DNA of 64,000 bases from Pristiophorus japonicus (taxonomy: Eukaryota): positions 62,248,001-62,312,000 of the forward strand of contig NC_091998.1 in the NCBI RefSeq assembly GCF_044704955.1, read 5' to 3'. Within the stretch, counting starts at the first letter, position 1; every line of letters starts with the position of its first letter. The notes beneath the pieces were generated by a model. The model ran no database searches and was not told the origin of the DNA. It worked only from the letters and a program-made list of their open reading frames with translations. The position numbers and the translations under genes are program-made. Shown in pieces: positions 24,268 to 37,232 of the stretch.

Positions 24268-24758
24268 TTGTTCAGTCACAAGCCTGTGCCCACTTGTACT
24301 TTATCCTCGTGCTTTATGGTTCAAATTGCTTTCTGCAGACACAGCCTGAGTTTGGAAGGACACGATGTCTAATTATACTACTGGTCATTCTTCACAGTTC
24401 GAGTGCCCAGAGTATGAAACTTTCATGTACTCCACATTACTGAAATGCGAGTGAGCAATACTGCATCGGTTGGCTCTGTCATATACCTGTATTCTCTGCT
24501 ACTTGTTCTCGACACTGCCACCTACAGCAACACCATTTTTGGCCATCAAATACTTTCATCTGTTGATTCAATTTGACACAATCAGCTAACATTTTTTCCA
24601 CCACACACACTATGCTGCACTGCAAGTGCTTCATCTCACAGAGCTCGTTTTAATACTTTTGTGTCTGTTTTGATGCATGGGGTTTGGCATTTTCTGCTTT
24701 AATGATTTAATTTAATTTGAACTGGTGCAATAGCTGATCCTGTTAATCTTTGATGCGG

Positions 24759-25036
24759 TTAAACCAAGAGTTCGGGCTGGGATCTCTCTCGTTGGCAGAC
24801 CCGTAGCCTGGAGTTGTGTTGTGATGTGCCTTGGTTTTGGTTACGGCAGGCTAATCCTGGTCCACAATCGCATCGTTGGAAGATCTCCGGTCCCTGTGGG
24901 CCCTCCTTGCGGCGTCGTTTCGAGCAGACTTGTCCCTCTTTCAGGACAGGCCGACAGATCTTTGACCAGAAGTGACGAGCACAGCACAATCCAGCGGAAC
25001 AGTCTGATGTTCGCAAGCATGTCTCTCCTTCCAGCT
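24759..25036 (-). CDS. DKK4: Dickkopf-4, last coding exon (CRD2, colipase fold)
   Basis: Acceptor tgttgcag| (phase 1), then (E)[37 protein letters not shown]...[15 protein letters not shown]...[17 protein letters not shown]. Ten Cys. [13 protein letters not shown] and RLRVCQ match DKK4, and the gene is adjacent to POLB. Confidence 0.95.
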
Positions 25037-25594
25037 CTGCAACATATAGAGAGTATTTATTATCTACAGTATATGCTGGCTAAAATAATCACCTGATACA
25101 GTACGGAAATTGTGTCTGTGTTTGCTTCTGTACCTATATTGTGCATACTGAGCAAAAAGGAATGAATCTCCCCCTTCACCACCACCACTCCCTCCCCCAG
25201 CCCATATGCTGCAGAGCTCATATATCCATCAATCTCAACTTCTAAATATGTACAGCAGACAACAGGATAAAGGAAATATTCATTTGGATATGGTATTGTA
25301 TAGCTTACATGTATCTGTGTCAACTCCTGTTTATGTACAATACACACCAAGTAAACGAGAATAATTCACTGCTACCTGACACCGTTTGGACCATTTGTAC
25401 ATGCATATATGTGTTACAGTGTCAGCTTCTGAATGTTTACAGTACTCCCTCTGAAGACTAGGAATATTGATGTGTTGGCTCACTATTCGTTTTCTTGGCG
25501 TATGAATCTAGCCAAACAAAGTCACCTCTCGTACTATTTTATTGATCTAGTTTGAGTGGTACGCAAGACAAAATGTCTTCCAAATGACACTCCG

Positions 25595-26105
25595 ATAGTT
25601 CATGTTTCTCCGCTCCACTTCCATTCTGACCTCGGCCTCGTGCACTGTTGAATTAAGTTCACCGTGAGCTCGAGGAACAGTACCTCATCTTTCACTTTAC
25701 AGTCTTATGGACTCAACAATTTCCTCTGACCCTATTTTTACCAGATGGCAGCTGTTGATGATTCTGCTGTACCCATTGACACCTCTTCTAGACCCAATCT
25801 TTTGTTTCCTTACTTTGTACCATTACCATCTATTTTTGCTTTGTTCAATCGTCTCTCTTTCATTTAATCTCTCCTGCCTTCCACCATATCACAGACCTTC
25901 TCTTTGTTCTTCTCCTCCCCCTTTCGCTGCCCCCACTTGCTTAAAATATGTTATATCTCTCAATGTTTCCAGTTCTGACAAAAGGTTGTCGACCTGAAAC
26001 ATTAACTCGTTCCCTCTTCACAGATGCTGCCTGACCTGCTGAGTATTTCCAGCATTTTCTGTTTTTATTTCGGATTTCCAGGATCCGCAGTATTTTGCTT
26101 TTGTT
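25595..26105 (+). mobile_element. Penelope-like retroelement 3' fragment (GIY-YIG C-terminus plus terminal repeat with hammerhead remnant)
   Basis: GAGCTCGAGGAACAGTACCTCATCTTT = ELEEQYLIF, resembling the PLE end KLEEQHLIF..LQP.GLN. Followed by a pyrimidine-rich UTR and AGTT-CTGACAA-AAGGT..ACCT-GAAAC-ATT-AACT. Confidence 0.7.
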
Positions 26106-27889
26106 GCTGTTCATGTTTCTCATCATTCCTAATGAATTTTCAGTTACATTTCATCTACAAAGTTACATTTTTCTACAGTTTCAGAGGGCGGATTTTCAAC
26201 ATTAAAGGAAGAATTTGCATTTATATAGCTCTGAATTTAAATGGCCAGTTAACTTCTGCTTTATATATAAATGTTTGTCAAACTGGGACGTGTATATGCT
26301 TCAAGATTTTAATGTAAAGCACTCGGAAGTGAGACTGACATCATTTTGGTTTAAGGTGTTACTGTATTTCATAACCAAAACTTAATTAATTTAAATAGTT
26401 TACAATAGTTCTCACTGTCGCACAAATTTTACTGCACTCCTTTCCCCCATGTTGACAACTGTACATGGCATTTGCTGTCTGCCCTACTGTTTATTCTGGT
26501 GAAATTGGAAATAAATGCTTCAAGAACATGCTAGCAATACCCAAGAGAGGAAATCTTCACGAACGCATTAACTACATCCCAGTGACGAGAAGAATTTGTA
26601 TCCTATGATTTGGGTCATGCTAAAACGGTCCAAGAATTAGTGCATGAGATGTATTTGCCACATACTACAGCAAGGTAAATAGTCCAAGAGTGATCCTACA
26701 GTGAAAACACAGACTCGACAAGTAATTATTCATCGCAGGATGAAAAGGTAAGCACTTTGTAATCACATCTCTGTATCTTGATTTTTGCAATGTTCAAATA
26801 ACAGCATTATGTCTAACCTTGACTGTGGTCACAGCATGAGATGGCACAAATGCAAGATTGACTCATACTAGTAGATTCAAAGAAGTAGCTACGTGATAAA
26901 CTTCCAGTAACATTCATTTTAACAGAGTTGCATGAATATTTAATGAAGCACAAAACTGAAGGTTATACGGATAAGTAAAGTTAGTGGTCATCGAACACTC
27001 TCTGGAACAACAGTTTCTGACCTGTTGGGGCCACACAGAAATGTCAGCTGTTGGATACAGCTGCCCAGTGTTTAATAATGGAAATTGGAACATTAGTCCT
27101 TGAATTTCCAATCTCGGGGGCCAAGGAGAAATCTTACAATATTTGTAGGGATTAAATAAGTTGGTTGTTTTTATATCTTCACGCTGTGGACAGATTCACA
27201 TGCTGATTAACAATATGACAGACAGCACCCATTGTAACCATCCTATGGACTCCCACCACCCATACAAGGTTGGGGTGGGGTGGGGAACGACACACACACA
27301 TACCCATCGAGCACGAGCATCCCACAGGATGTCAACTTATAACTCACAGCTGTAATCCGACCCCCAGGAAGTGGGTTTGAACCCTACGCCTGGCGCACAA
27401 GTGGGAATGCTACCGCGGAACCAAAGGCTCACTCCTCATGAGTTGCTGAGAGTCAGCAACAGTGAGATTGTACATGAGGAATGGTTTCAATGGCATGAAT
27501 GCCTTCATTTCTTCTTCCACACTCACTTGTGTTATTCTTTTAAAAGGGTTTTGCTCTTGTAAGAGGTTGTACTTTACAAAAATGCTTCCGATTTCTTAAT
27601 CTAAAATGTTTTATTAGTGGTGCGTGGTGTGTCTTATAGGTGTTTTTCCCCATCATTGAGTGATTTTGAACAATTGCTATTCGTAACGTTAATAAGTTCC
27701 AGGGTGGTCTGGACTAGTTTGACTGCCTAATGGGGTGGAAGAAGAATTTTCCAGATCTTTTTTACCCCCTAATTGGGCTGGAGTTTTATCTTATTTTTTG
27801 CCTCTTCCAGGAGATTACATGATTCCTGGTTTTGAACATGTCAGGGTGAGTCACATACAGTATGGTTATACATACTGATCCAGCAATGC

Positions 27890-28260
27890 TTCACATTTAA
27901 AATTCCCGTCTTTGTTTTCAACTTGCTCCATGACCTCGCCCCTCCCTATCTTTGTAACCTCCTACAGCCCTCTAAGATCAGTGTTCCTCCAATGCAGGCC
28001 TCTTGTGCATCCCCAATTTCCTTTACCCACCATTGACTGCCATGTCATTAGCTATCTAGACCCCAAGCTTTGGAATTCCCTCCCTAAACCTCTCTACCTC
28101 TCTACCTCTCCTTTAAGATGGTCCTTAAAACCTACATCTTTGACCAAGCACCTGTTCTAATATCTCCTTTTGGCGCAGCATCAAATTTTGTTTGGTAACG
28201 CTCCTGTGAAGTGCCATGGGACATTTTATGATATTAAAGGTGCTATATAAACACAAGTTA
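27890..28260 (+). mobile_element. L2-clade LINE 3' end
   Basis: PKLWNSLP motif and L2-type tail ...AAAGGTGCTATATAAA. Similar tails occur at about 18085-18270, 51965-52560 and 56610-56845(-). Confidence 0.7.
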
Positions 28261-28564
28261 TACTTGGTAGGTGTGTACAATGCAGCTGCATCGAGCAGGG
28301 AATATATTGTGGAGCATTACTATCCTTTATTGGTTCATTGTATTATTTAGCAGGTTTTGTGCAACATTTCAGCAAAACCTAACAGTACACAGAAAATATC
28401 TCTGCAACGTCTCAATTATTTGTAACCATGATTGGCCTACAAATTGTAGTAGTGCATATCACTGTCTTAAATAACAAATTCTTAAGTTTCACATCTCTAG
28501 AAAACTCTCAATAGCCCCCTGGGCAGTGAAATTGTCCTTCACACCTTTGAATAATTGCTCTGTT

Positions 28565-28750
28565 CCAGCCTAGTGTCATCTGCAAACTTGGAGATACTAC
28601 ACACAATTCCCTCATCCAAATCATTAATGTGTATTGTAAATAGCTGGGGTCCCAGCACTGAGCTCTGCAGTACCCCACTAGTCACTGCCTGCCATTCTGA
28701 AAAGGGCCCGTTTATCCCGACTCTCTGTTTCCTGTCTGCCAACCAGTTCT
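28565..28750 (-). mobile_element. CR1 RT fragment
   Basis: [32 protein letters not shown]. Confidence 0.9.
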
Positions 28751-29112
28751 CGGACCTTATATAAAAGTTTTCCAACCTCACTCCGGAAATTATCCAACTT
28801 TTGTTCACCTTGTAGTTCTTTCTGATTTGGGACTGAGCCGTTCAGAACCTCTCCCCCAAAAAATCACAGGTTCTGTTTGTGCTGAGTTAGTTCATCTCCA
28901 CTTGGATGGAGAGGGGCTACAATTGGCCTAAATGCTTGCGCACCAAGGAGTGGCAAAATTAGAGATCCTGTTCGTGATCATAATCCAGTGGTCGGTGCTG
29001 GGTGAGAACAGGATCAGACTTGGCCGGTGTGCCTCCTGCAGTGCGCTGCTTTGCTGACATTCCAAATGGGCACTTGGATAAATACCAGAGGGCAACTGTT
29101 GCTTGTGAAACA

Positions 29113-29468
29113 GGAAGAAAGAAAGACTCGCATTTATATAGTGCTTTTTACGTCTCAAAGCGCTTTGCAACCAATGAAGTACTTTTGGAGTGTAGTCACG
29201 ATTGTAATGTGGGAAACGCAGCAGCCAATTTGCGCACAAACCAGCTCCCACAAACAGCAGTGTAATAATGACCAGATAATCTGTTTTTGTTATGTTGATT
29301 GAAGGATAAATATTGGCCAGGACACCGGGGATAACTCCCCTGCTCTTCTTCAAAATAGTGCCATAGGATCTTTTACGTCCACCTGAGAGAGCAGACGGGG
29401 CCTCAGTTTAACGTCTCATCTGAAAGACGGCACTTCCAACATTGATACAGTCCCTCAGCACTGCACTG
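29113..29468 (-). mobile_element. SacSINE1-like DeuSINE, 5'-truncated
   Basis: Deu core (GATGAGACGTTAA..CAGGTGGACGTAAAAGATCC..) and tail CTATATAAATGC.AGTCTTTCTTTC. Confidence 0.8.
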
Positions 29469-30223
29469 TACCTTAGCAAAAGACAGTGGAGTAGAATTTC
29501 CATGTAGATGCTTCGATCTACCGCTGTAACTTCAGCAGAAGATCAGAGGAACCCCAGAAAAATGCTGTATGGAAATTCTTCCCTGTATAATTTCTTCTGT
29601 GTGTCTTCAGGAGGCGAGAGAAGAAAATTGGCTGTGATTGAGGGGTGGGGGCAGGTCAGGAAAGCGTTTTTTTTTTTTAATTCATCTGATTCAGCTGAAC
29701 AGAAACATTCCCTCTTCTGATTAAATGTACAAGAAGATGTTGATCAGGATTGGCATTGATTCCCTATCTATAGCATGCCGTTACTTACCCAATATCCAGA
29801 TCACCAATAGTAAGACCAGTGGTTGATCATAGAACTCTTGTCACTGTAAACAGTTTACTGGAATGTATTTGTCCTCATCATCAGTAGGTGGATTTGAATA
29901 TAAAGTCTTATCAGATTGCGACTCGGGCCATAAACCAATGGAGAATAAGTAAATGGACAGTGCTCAATGCAACCCAGTGTATTCACAGTAATTTACAAAC
30001 TTTACTATTCTTTAATTTATCAACTCTAAAGGCACATCACCAAGCTATCTTTCAACAAAACTAAATCCTAAAAATGGTTGCTAACTTCTTGCATGGCCAA
30101 AAGCTACCATGCAACTACCAGCCTAGTCCAGACTGTTATGAACCTGGTTCAAGTAACTGCAGTTAACCCCTTAATCTCAGCCTACTCGCCAAAGAGATGT
30201 CCATCAAAGAGTTACAGGCAATC

Positions 30224-30682
30224 AAGTAGTATGCCCCTTTGTAGAGGGGCTGTGAAGAGGGCGACTGGATTGAACGTCACCAAGGTCCAGGTCGCTGATT
30301 GGAATGTGGGAAGGTACAGCAGGAGTGGCGAGTGATCGTGAAGCGACGTGATCGAGGCCCAGGAGAGACGAGGGCCTAGGGGCAGCATAGGCCAGCCACA
30401 CTGTGATATGTGCACGCACTAGGTCCGTGCAGCAAAGCTGGTCTCCAGTTGTCTTGGTTAATCCTTGCCACTGGATCAAGACTTAGCTCTGTCAAGCCCA
30501 TGTGGTGGCTGGTGTGCAACGGCCACCAGACGTTAAAAAAATCCACGCACAGGCATCTTCCACCCTTCAACATGTAGTTCGGGATCTGGAATATTAGGTC
30601 CTTCATTGATACGCCTGTGAACCCATCCCTTTTTGGCGTGGAAGCAAGTCATCCTCAATACGAGGGACCGCCGATGATGATG
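30224..30682 (+). mobile_element. Non-autonomous RTE-dependent short retroelement with 10-bp TSD
   Basis: TSD ACAGGCAATC at 30214-30223 and 30683-30692. The 3' tail GTGGAAGCAAGTCATCCTC..CGAGGGAC.GCC.ATGATGATG is shared with the RTE copies. Partial copies at about 40661-40900, 43326-43540 and 46443-46650(-). Confidence 0.8.
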
Positions 30683-32430
30683 ACAGGCAATCTTGTCATA
30701 GACCTCAGACATACTGATAGATTTAGATGAGGAAAGACGGGAAGAGGCTCGAGTGGAGCATAAACAGCGGCATAGACTGGTTGGGCCAAATGTCGTATAT
30801 CCTATGTAAACATTGCTCTCAATCAACTTCACCACCTCAGGCTGGCTTACTTCTTTAACATATTTCTAGATCCTTTGAAAACATGTTGGAACATGTTTTA
30901 ATTACATAGATCACTATCAAACACGGGCAATGTTTATTGAACCTCTGTGGTTCAGAAGCTACAAAATGAAAAGCTTGGCAATTTAAACACCCAACATATT
31001 AATCAAAAGGGGTCAAAACCCCAATGCCTATTCAGTGATTTTCAACCTCCTTGATCGAAATGTGTGTTGTTGCACTTTGGAGAAACTTGACAGAAAACAA
31101 CACTCTCCCTATCAACTATGGTCAACACTTTAAAAAACACTGATAAACTAATTGACAAAAATGCTTTATTGTTGACACCATTTGTGGGTATACAATCAGG
31201 AACGAAAAAAAAATCTTGTGCCATCTTGTAAGGTTGATAATTTCACAATCTAATTAATTTTCTCCAAGCCTGGTAAAGACCTGGTGGGGGAAGGAGCTAA
31301 GTGAGTGAGGTAAGTAAGTGAGAGTGTAGTTTGCACCTCACGTTGACCGTTATCAAAGTTTTTGTGCAACTATTGCAGTTGGGAAGAAAATGCACCAGGT
31401 TGATTTCTCCAGTGCCTCTCTCGAAGTGTGTGTGGAGGTCCTGCTACTTTAAGCTTTGGAGGCTTGTTCGCACAGTGTTTGGTCTGATTACCTCGTGGAT
31501 GGGCATAACTCTCCACCGCAGTGATGGTTACACTAATAACATGCCTGTTTCCAAGCCCTACAATTTAACATGTGATGATGCGTCCAGAAGGTTCACCACA
31601 CTCCAATCGCTAACTTTCCACATATTTAATAAATTATAAGCTTGTGGAATTGATTCACGAGATGTATTTATAAAGCTGTGGCTTGAATTATTTGCTTACC
31701 ACAAGGTGCTGGAGGGGCACTTTGCTTTTTTTTCTGTATCACATTTTTTGAGGTGAAGAGGGGTTGGGAGAATAGCTATGCTGATGCATCTTTCTTAGCA
31801 ATTATTAAACTAATTTCTAATTTTCATACCGGTTATTTTTGAAGTTTCCTCAATTCCTATTCTGATGGTGCTGACTCTTGCTGGTGTACAGTGGCACAGT
31901 CCCAACAGCCCACCAGTTCCTCATCCAAGTGCTTACTTTTCATAAGTGAGCTCAGAGAATAAGTGTCGACAGTCCATTCGACTGCATCACAGTCAGGCCG
32001 ATCCTGCCCATAACTGGCATCCACACCTGGCTCATTTACTTTTCTCTCCCTCCACAGCCTAAGACTGTAAGATCAATCATAGCTCCCTCAATGCTGTCTT
32101 ATTTGAGATCCCTCCGCCAAATCGAAGACCCTCCTAGTCTATTAGCTACTGCCTGCTTCTGGTGTTACTGTATGCGATCAACACTTGCTGCACTCACCTC
32201 TCTATAGTGATAGCATCCAGCGAGTATCTTTCCTGGACTAAGTATTGTGAAGGAATAATGTCTAATAGGATATTCAGTGGGAAATAAGTTCACTCAAAAT
32301 AAAATCCTAGAACACCGTCCTTACCTTTTAGAAAGTGTGTGGAAGCAATGGACTTGATTATAGTGACAGCAAGGGTGGCAGTTCAATCAACATACTGTGA
32401 TGGGAGTAGCTTTTAAAGTGTAATCTTCAA

Positions 32431-32705
32431 AAAGAAAGACTTGTATTTAAATAGTGCCTTTCATGGCCTCTGGACGTTTTTTAGTCAAGTAATTACTTTT
32501 TGAAATGTAGTCACTGTTATAATGTAGGAAACCCAGCAGCCAATTTTCACACAGCCAAGTCCCACAAACAGCAATGACATATAAAACCAGATAGTCTGTT
32601 TTTTAGTGATGTTGGTTGAGGGCTAAATGTTGGTTGAGGGCTAAATGTTGGCCAGGACACCGAGAGAACTCCATGACTCTTCTTCAAATAGTGCCAGGGG
32701 ATCTT
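32431..32705 (-). mobile_element. SacSINE1-like DeuSINE 3' half
   Basis: Same core and tail as the other copies, with an internal direct duplication (ATGTTGGTTGAGGGCTAA). Confidence 0.75.
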
Positions 32706-33023
32706 GCCTTTCAGGGAAGTATTTTAATCTGTGCCTTTAATAAACATTCATTCTCCTCCGTAGTCCAAAAAAATGGAGGGCAATTGTAGTCCCTCAAATT
32801 ATGTCTTGGCTAAAATCAACCGACTCAACACAGATTAAGGATCAAACATGGGTGTCCGCTCGTCTCAATGGCTCAGTCCACACAATGCATTGACCCACAA
32901 AGTGATTAGCTGAATATAATTAAAGACATGCTTATACCAAAGGTGACAATCAACTTGTGCTGCAGTTGCTGTCTTCAGTACTCTCCAAATCAAGTATCAT
33001 TATTGTAGGAATTTCTGGTTTCC

Positions 33024-33800
33024 ATGTTCTCTAAATTGTCAGATTGCTTGTCTGACATCCAGTACTGGATAAGCAGAAATAGCCTCCAACTAAATATTGG
33101 GAAGACTGAAGCCATTGTCTTCGGTCCCTACCACAAACTCCGTTCCCGAGCTACTGGCTCCATCCCTTTCCGTGGCAAGCATCTGAGGTTGAACCAGACC
33201 GTTTGCAACCGTGGTGTCTTATTTGACTCTGAAATTAGCTTCTGTCCGCAAATCCGCACCATCACCAAGACTGCCTACTTCCACCTCCGTAACATCACCC
33301 GACACTGCGCCTGTCCCAGCTCATATGCTGCTGAAACCCTCATCAATACCTATATTCCCTCCAGACTAGACGATTCCAATGCTCTCCTAGCCGACCTCCC
33401 ATCTTCCACCATCCATAAATTCGAGCTCATCCAAAACTCTGCCCGAATACTAACCAAATCCCATTCACCCATTACCCCTGTGCTCACAGACCTACAATGG
33501 CTCCGGCAACACCTCAATTTTAAAATTCTCATCATTGTTTTCAAATCCCTCCAAGGCCTTGCACCTCCATATCTCTCTAACCTCCTCCAACCCTGTAACC
33601 CTCCCAAAATCTCTGGCCTCCCCTATTTTAATCGCTCCACCATTGGCGACCGTGCTTTCAGATGCTTAGACCCTAAGCTTTGCAAGTCCCTCCCTAAATT
33701 CTCTGCTTCTCTACCTCTTCCTCCTTCAAAACACTCTTTAAAACCTACCTCTTTAACCAAGCATCTGTCCTAGTATCTGCTTACGTGGCTCGGTGCTGCT
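33024..33800 (+). mobile_element. L2-clade LINE ORF2 3' fragment
   Basis: ORF 33024-33773: LSDIQYW...LQLNIGKTEAI, AYFHLRNI, SRLD..NALL, HSPITPVL..LQWL. Confidence 0.85.
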
Positions 33801-35961
33801 TTTGTTGCGATGTTTTTAATACTAGCACAAAAGATCGCAGAACCTCGATTTGCGTTTTAATGACGCAATCCTTTGCACTGGTTGCGCTGATATTGGGAGA
33901 ATTGTGCTAAATAAAACAGCGTAATTGAGTGGAAACTCTGGCCCACTGTTCCAGTTGATCACTGATGATAGGATGCAGAGCTGCTTTATCAGCATGGTTT
34001 AATGGAAAGCCTGGGAGAGAGGTGAACCATTGCTCCAGTGTAGAACTCATTGTTGATTTTAAATATCGTAACCCAAACATAATGTAATGCCACTTTCAAG
34101 CACGTCCTTTAACTCAATCCTGCCGAGTGTAACGATGGGAGCGTTTCCATCAGAGGCACCCACTCTACTTTACCAGCACCTACTGTCAAAGAAAAATGGG
34201 AGCTGTGGTTAAGGCCTAAAGTTGTGGTCAATATTGAGGCTAGACAGCTGCACAGTCTGTGTGTTCCTCGCCATTGGAAGTGTGAGTAACATAACAAAGC
34301 CTTTAAAAGTTAGGATGTGCAAATGCTATTGTTTTTTAATTCTGTGCTGTATTCTTTAACTGAACTATTCAGTGTGCAATTAAAATTGGGACAAAGTTGT
34401 GCAACTTCAGGAAGACATCTGATCAGGTGCCCCAGAGAAATGCTCCTCACTTTGTTCAGGATTTTCTGGCTGCATTTATTTTCAAACTTTGTTATTCTTT
34501 GCATCATTTTTATTTTAAACTAAAACTATTTTGTTCAGCTCTTTCATGCAGAAAGAAAGCTGCTTTCACACGTTTGCCAAAAGTAGAAATGAATGGCAAG
34601 GATTAGTCCTCGTTATTCCCTACCTTATGAAGCAACTTCCAACAGTTTCCATCCATCTTGCTCAGTTGTAAGACTGATGCCTAAAGTATGGAGAGTTTAA
34701 TATAGCACAGGTACTTGGATGGCACAAGTATGAATGCAGATGTGGCGTGCATGATAGATGCCCATCTCAGATGCAGGCAGTGACGACAGCTCAACAGAGA
34801 TGGCCTGCCCCACTTTCAGTTTGTCCAGCAGCAACCTAACCATCGTTAACCTCCTTGCCTTGCCGACATGTTGTTTTTATGCTTTTCTGGAGCTGACCAC
34901 TGAGGTATGGAAGCGGAGCTGAGAATGAACTGCTATTGATTGCCTCCTCCTCACTGGAAAATGTAACCCCGCTATTTAAAAAAGGAGGGAGAGAGAAAAC
35001 TGGGTACTACAGGCCAGTTACCCTGACATCAGTAGTAGGGGAAATGCTAGAATCTATTATTCAAGACAGAGATTGATAGATTTCTGGATAATAAGGAAAT
35101 CAAGGGATATGGAGATAGTACAGGAAAGTGGAGCTGAGGTAGATCAGCCATGATATTGAATGGCAGAGCAGACTTGAGGGGCTGAATGACCTACTTATGT
35201 TCTTAAGAACCTCAGCTATATTTTCAAGGACTCGTAAACACTGTATTGCTGGTCCTCCCAGCCTTGCTGTTCCCAACACAACCTGCACTACTTCCAGGTA
35301 CATACTCATCCATTTCCAACATGTTTGGAAAGCAGAGGTTTCCTCTGCTTTGCTCAGTGTAGTGAAATCATAAACCAGTTCTTTATAAATATGTTAGTAA
35401 TTTTGTTACATCTGGAGAGTACGGAAAATCTCTTTCCCCAGCTATGATGTTCACTGCTGTCGAGCATCTACTCATCCATTCCCCAACACAGTCTAATGTG
35501 TGCCCTTGTGCACTGTCCTTGCCCCAAGTGCTAGTTTACCCTTCCCAACATGCTTATCCTGTTCTGAGATGCCCACTTCCCTTTTAACAATATAGTTTAT
35601 CCTGCTCTTTAAGTAGCTTCTCTGGCGAGATCTACAGATACTTTGCAGTATTCTTCACTGCACATGGAGGTACTGACTAAGCAATATTAACTGTAGTACT
35701 CTGCCATGCCTGACCTGTGAGTCATTAAACTATGATACAGAATACTATAAACCAGTGACATTTTTTTGGCACCAATAATTTCCAACTTTTGCATTTAGCA
35801 GTGAATGATATTTGATAAATGTTGCATTGCCACAGCAATAAATACAACATCATACACGCCAGATGGAAATCAATTAAACGCCCATTGCTGTTAAATACTG
35901 TAATTAAAGACTACTATAAGGAGAGTAGTGGTACTTAATGTGATTGTTGAGGGGCAATTTA

Positions 35962-36632
35962 GATGTCAGCCTCAACTCTGGGTAGCAGCCTTGCCTCTAA
36001 GTCAGAATTTTGTAGGTTCAAGTTCCTCTAAAGTTTAATTTGTTTATTGTGTCGGTTTTAGTGCCCCCACCCCACTTTTAGCTAGGAGGCACTTGTATAA
36101 TTTGTGTTTTAGTGCCCTCAAAAAAAAAACAAGGGAGCATTTGTTTGAAAATGTTTGGTGTGTTCCCTCCTGCCCCGCTTTAATCAGGGGGCACTTGATT
36201 TAATTGTTTCCTACAAAATAGTTCTAGGTTAAAGTTCCAGTCTAAGGACTTGAGTGCATAATCTTGGCTGAAACTTTAGTGATGTACTGAGGGTATGTTG
36301 CACTTTTGGAGGCGCAGTCTTTTGGATGAGACCTTAAACTGAGGCCTAATCTGCCTACCCTCATAGATAGGTGCAAAATCCCGTGGCATTATTTGAAGAA
36401 GAGCAGGGAAGTCTTTTGGTGTTCTGGCCAACATGTATTCCACCACCGACGTCACTAAAATAAATTATCTGGTAACTTATCTCACTTGTTTGTGGGACCT
36501 TGCTACACACAAAGTGGCTGCTGTGATTTCCACATTCCAACAGTTACCACACTTCAAAAAGTACTTCACTGGTTGTAAGGCATTTTGGAATATCGTGAGG
36601 TTGTGAAAGACGCTATAGAAATGCAAGTCCTT
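35962..36632 (+). mobile_element. SacSINE1-like DeuSINE interrupted at its B-box by a 198-bp insert (36027-36224)
   Basis: tRNA-like head, Deu core and tail. TAGGTT(C/A)AAGTTCC is duplicated at 36013-36026 and 36225-36238. Confidence 0.75.
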
Positions 36633-37232
36633 GATGACATTTCTGAAGGATGTGGAACAGGGCATCGCAGCAGCATTTGTAAAATTACCCCAGTACCTTT
36701 TGGTATTATAAATTTCAAGAAGGAGCCATTTAATGAAGAGGGGTCATACCTGGGGCCACAAGGTTTCCGCCAGTGTCAGAAGTTAGATTGAACATGGGCT
36801 CACGGAATCCCAGTTAAAAGACCGTTTATAAAAGCGGTTTTAAGAATACAAGAAAACAGGGAATGGAAAAGGCCTTTTGGCCAATCAATCCAGTTCCTTC
36901 CACGCTCCATGTAGACATGAACCATCCATTTAATTTCCCTAGGGGGAAAGCTCTACACAGATATATTCCCTGATCTCCAGATGAAGGTAAACCATATATA
37001 GCACCTTATCACATTACAACAGCGACTACATTTCAAAAAGTACTTCATTGGCTGTAAAGCACTTCGGGACGTCCAGTGGTCACGAAAAACGATATATAAA
37101 TGCAAGTCTTTCTTTCTGAGAAACACTGCAAAACATGTTGCAGTACCTTTTTTTAACCAGAATAAACCTAGCAGTCATCTTGTGCGCAATCAAGACCTGG
37201 CAAACAGCAAGTGTGATGACTGATGAATTAAT

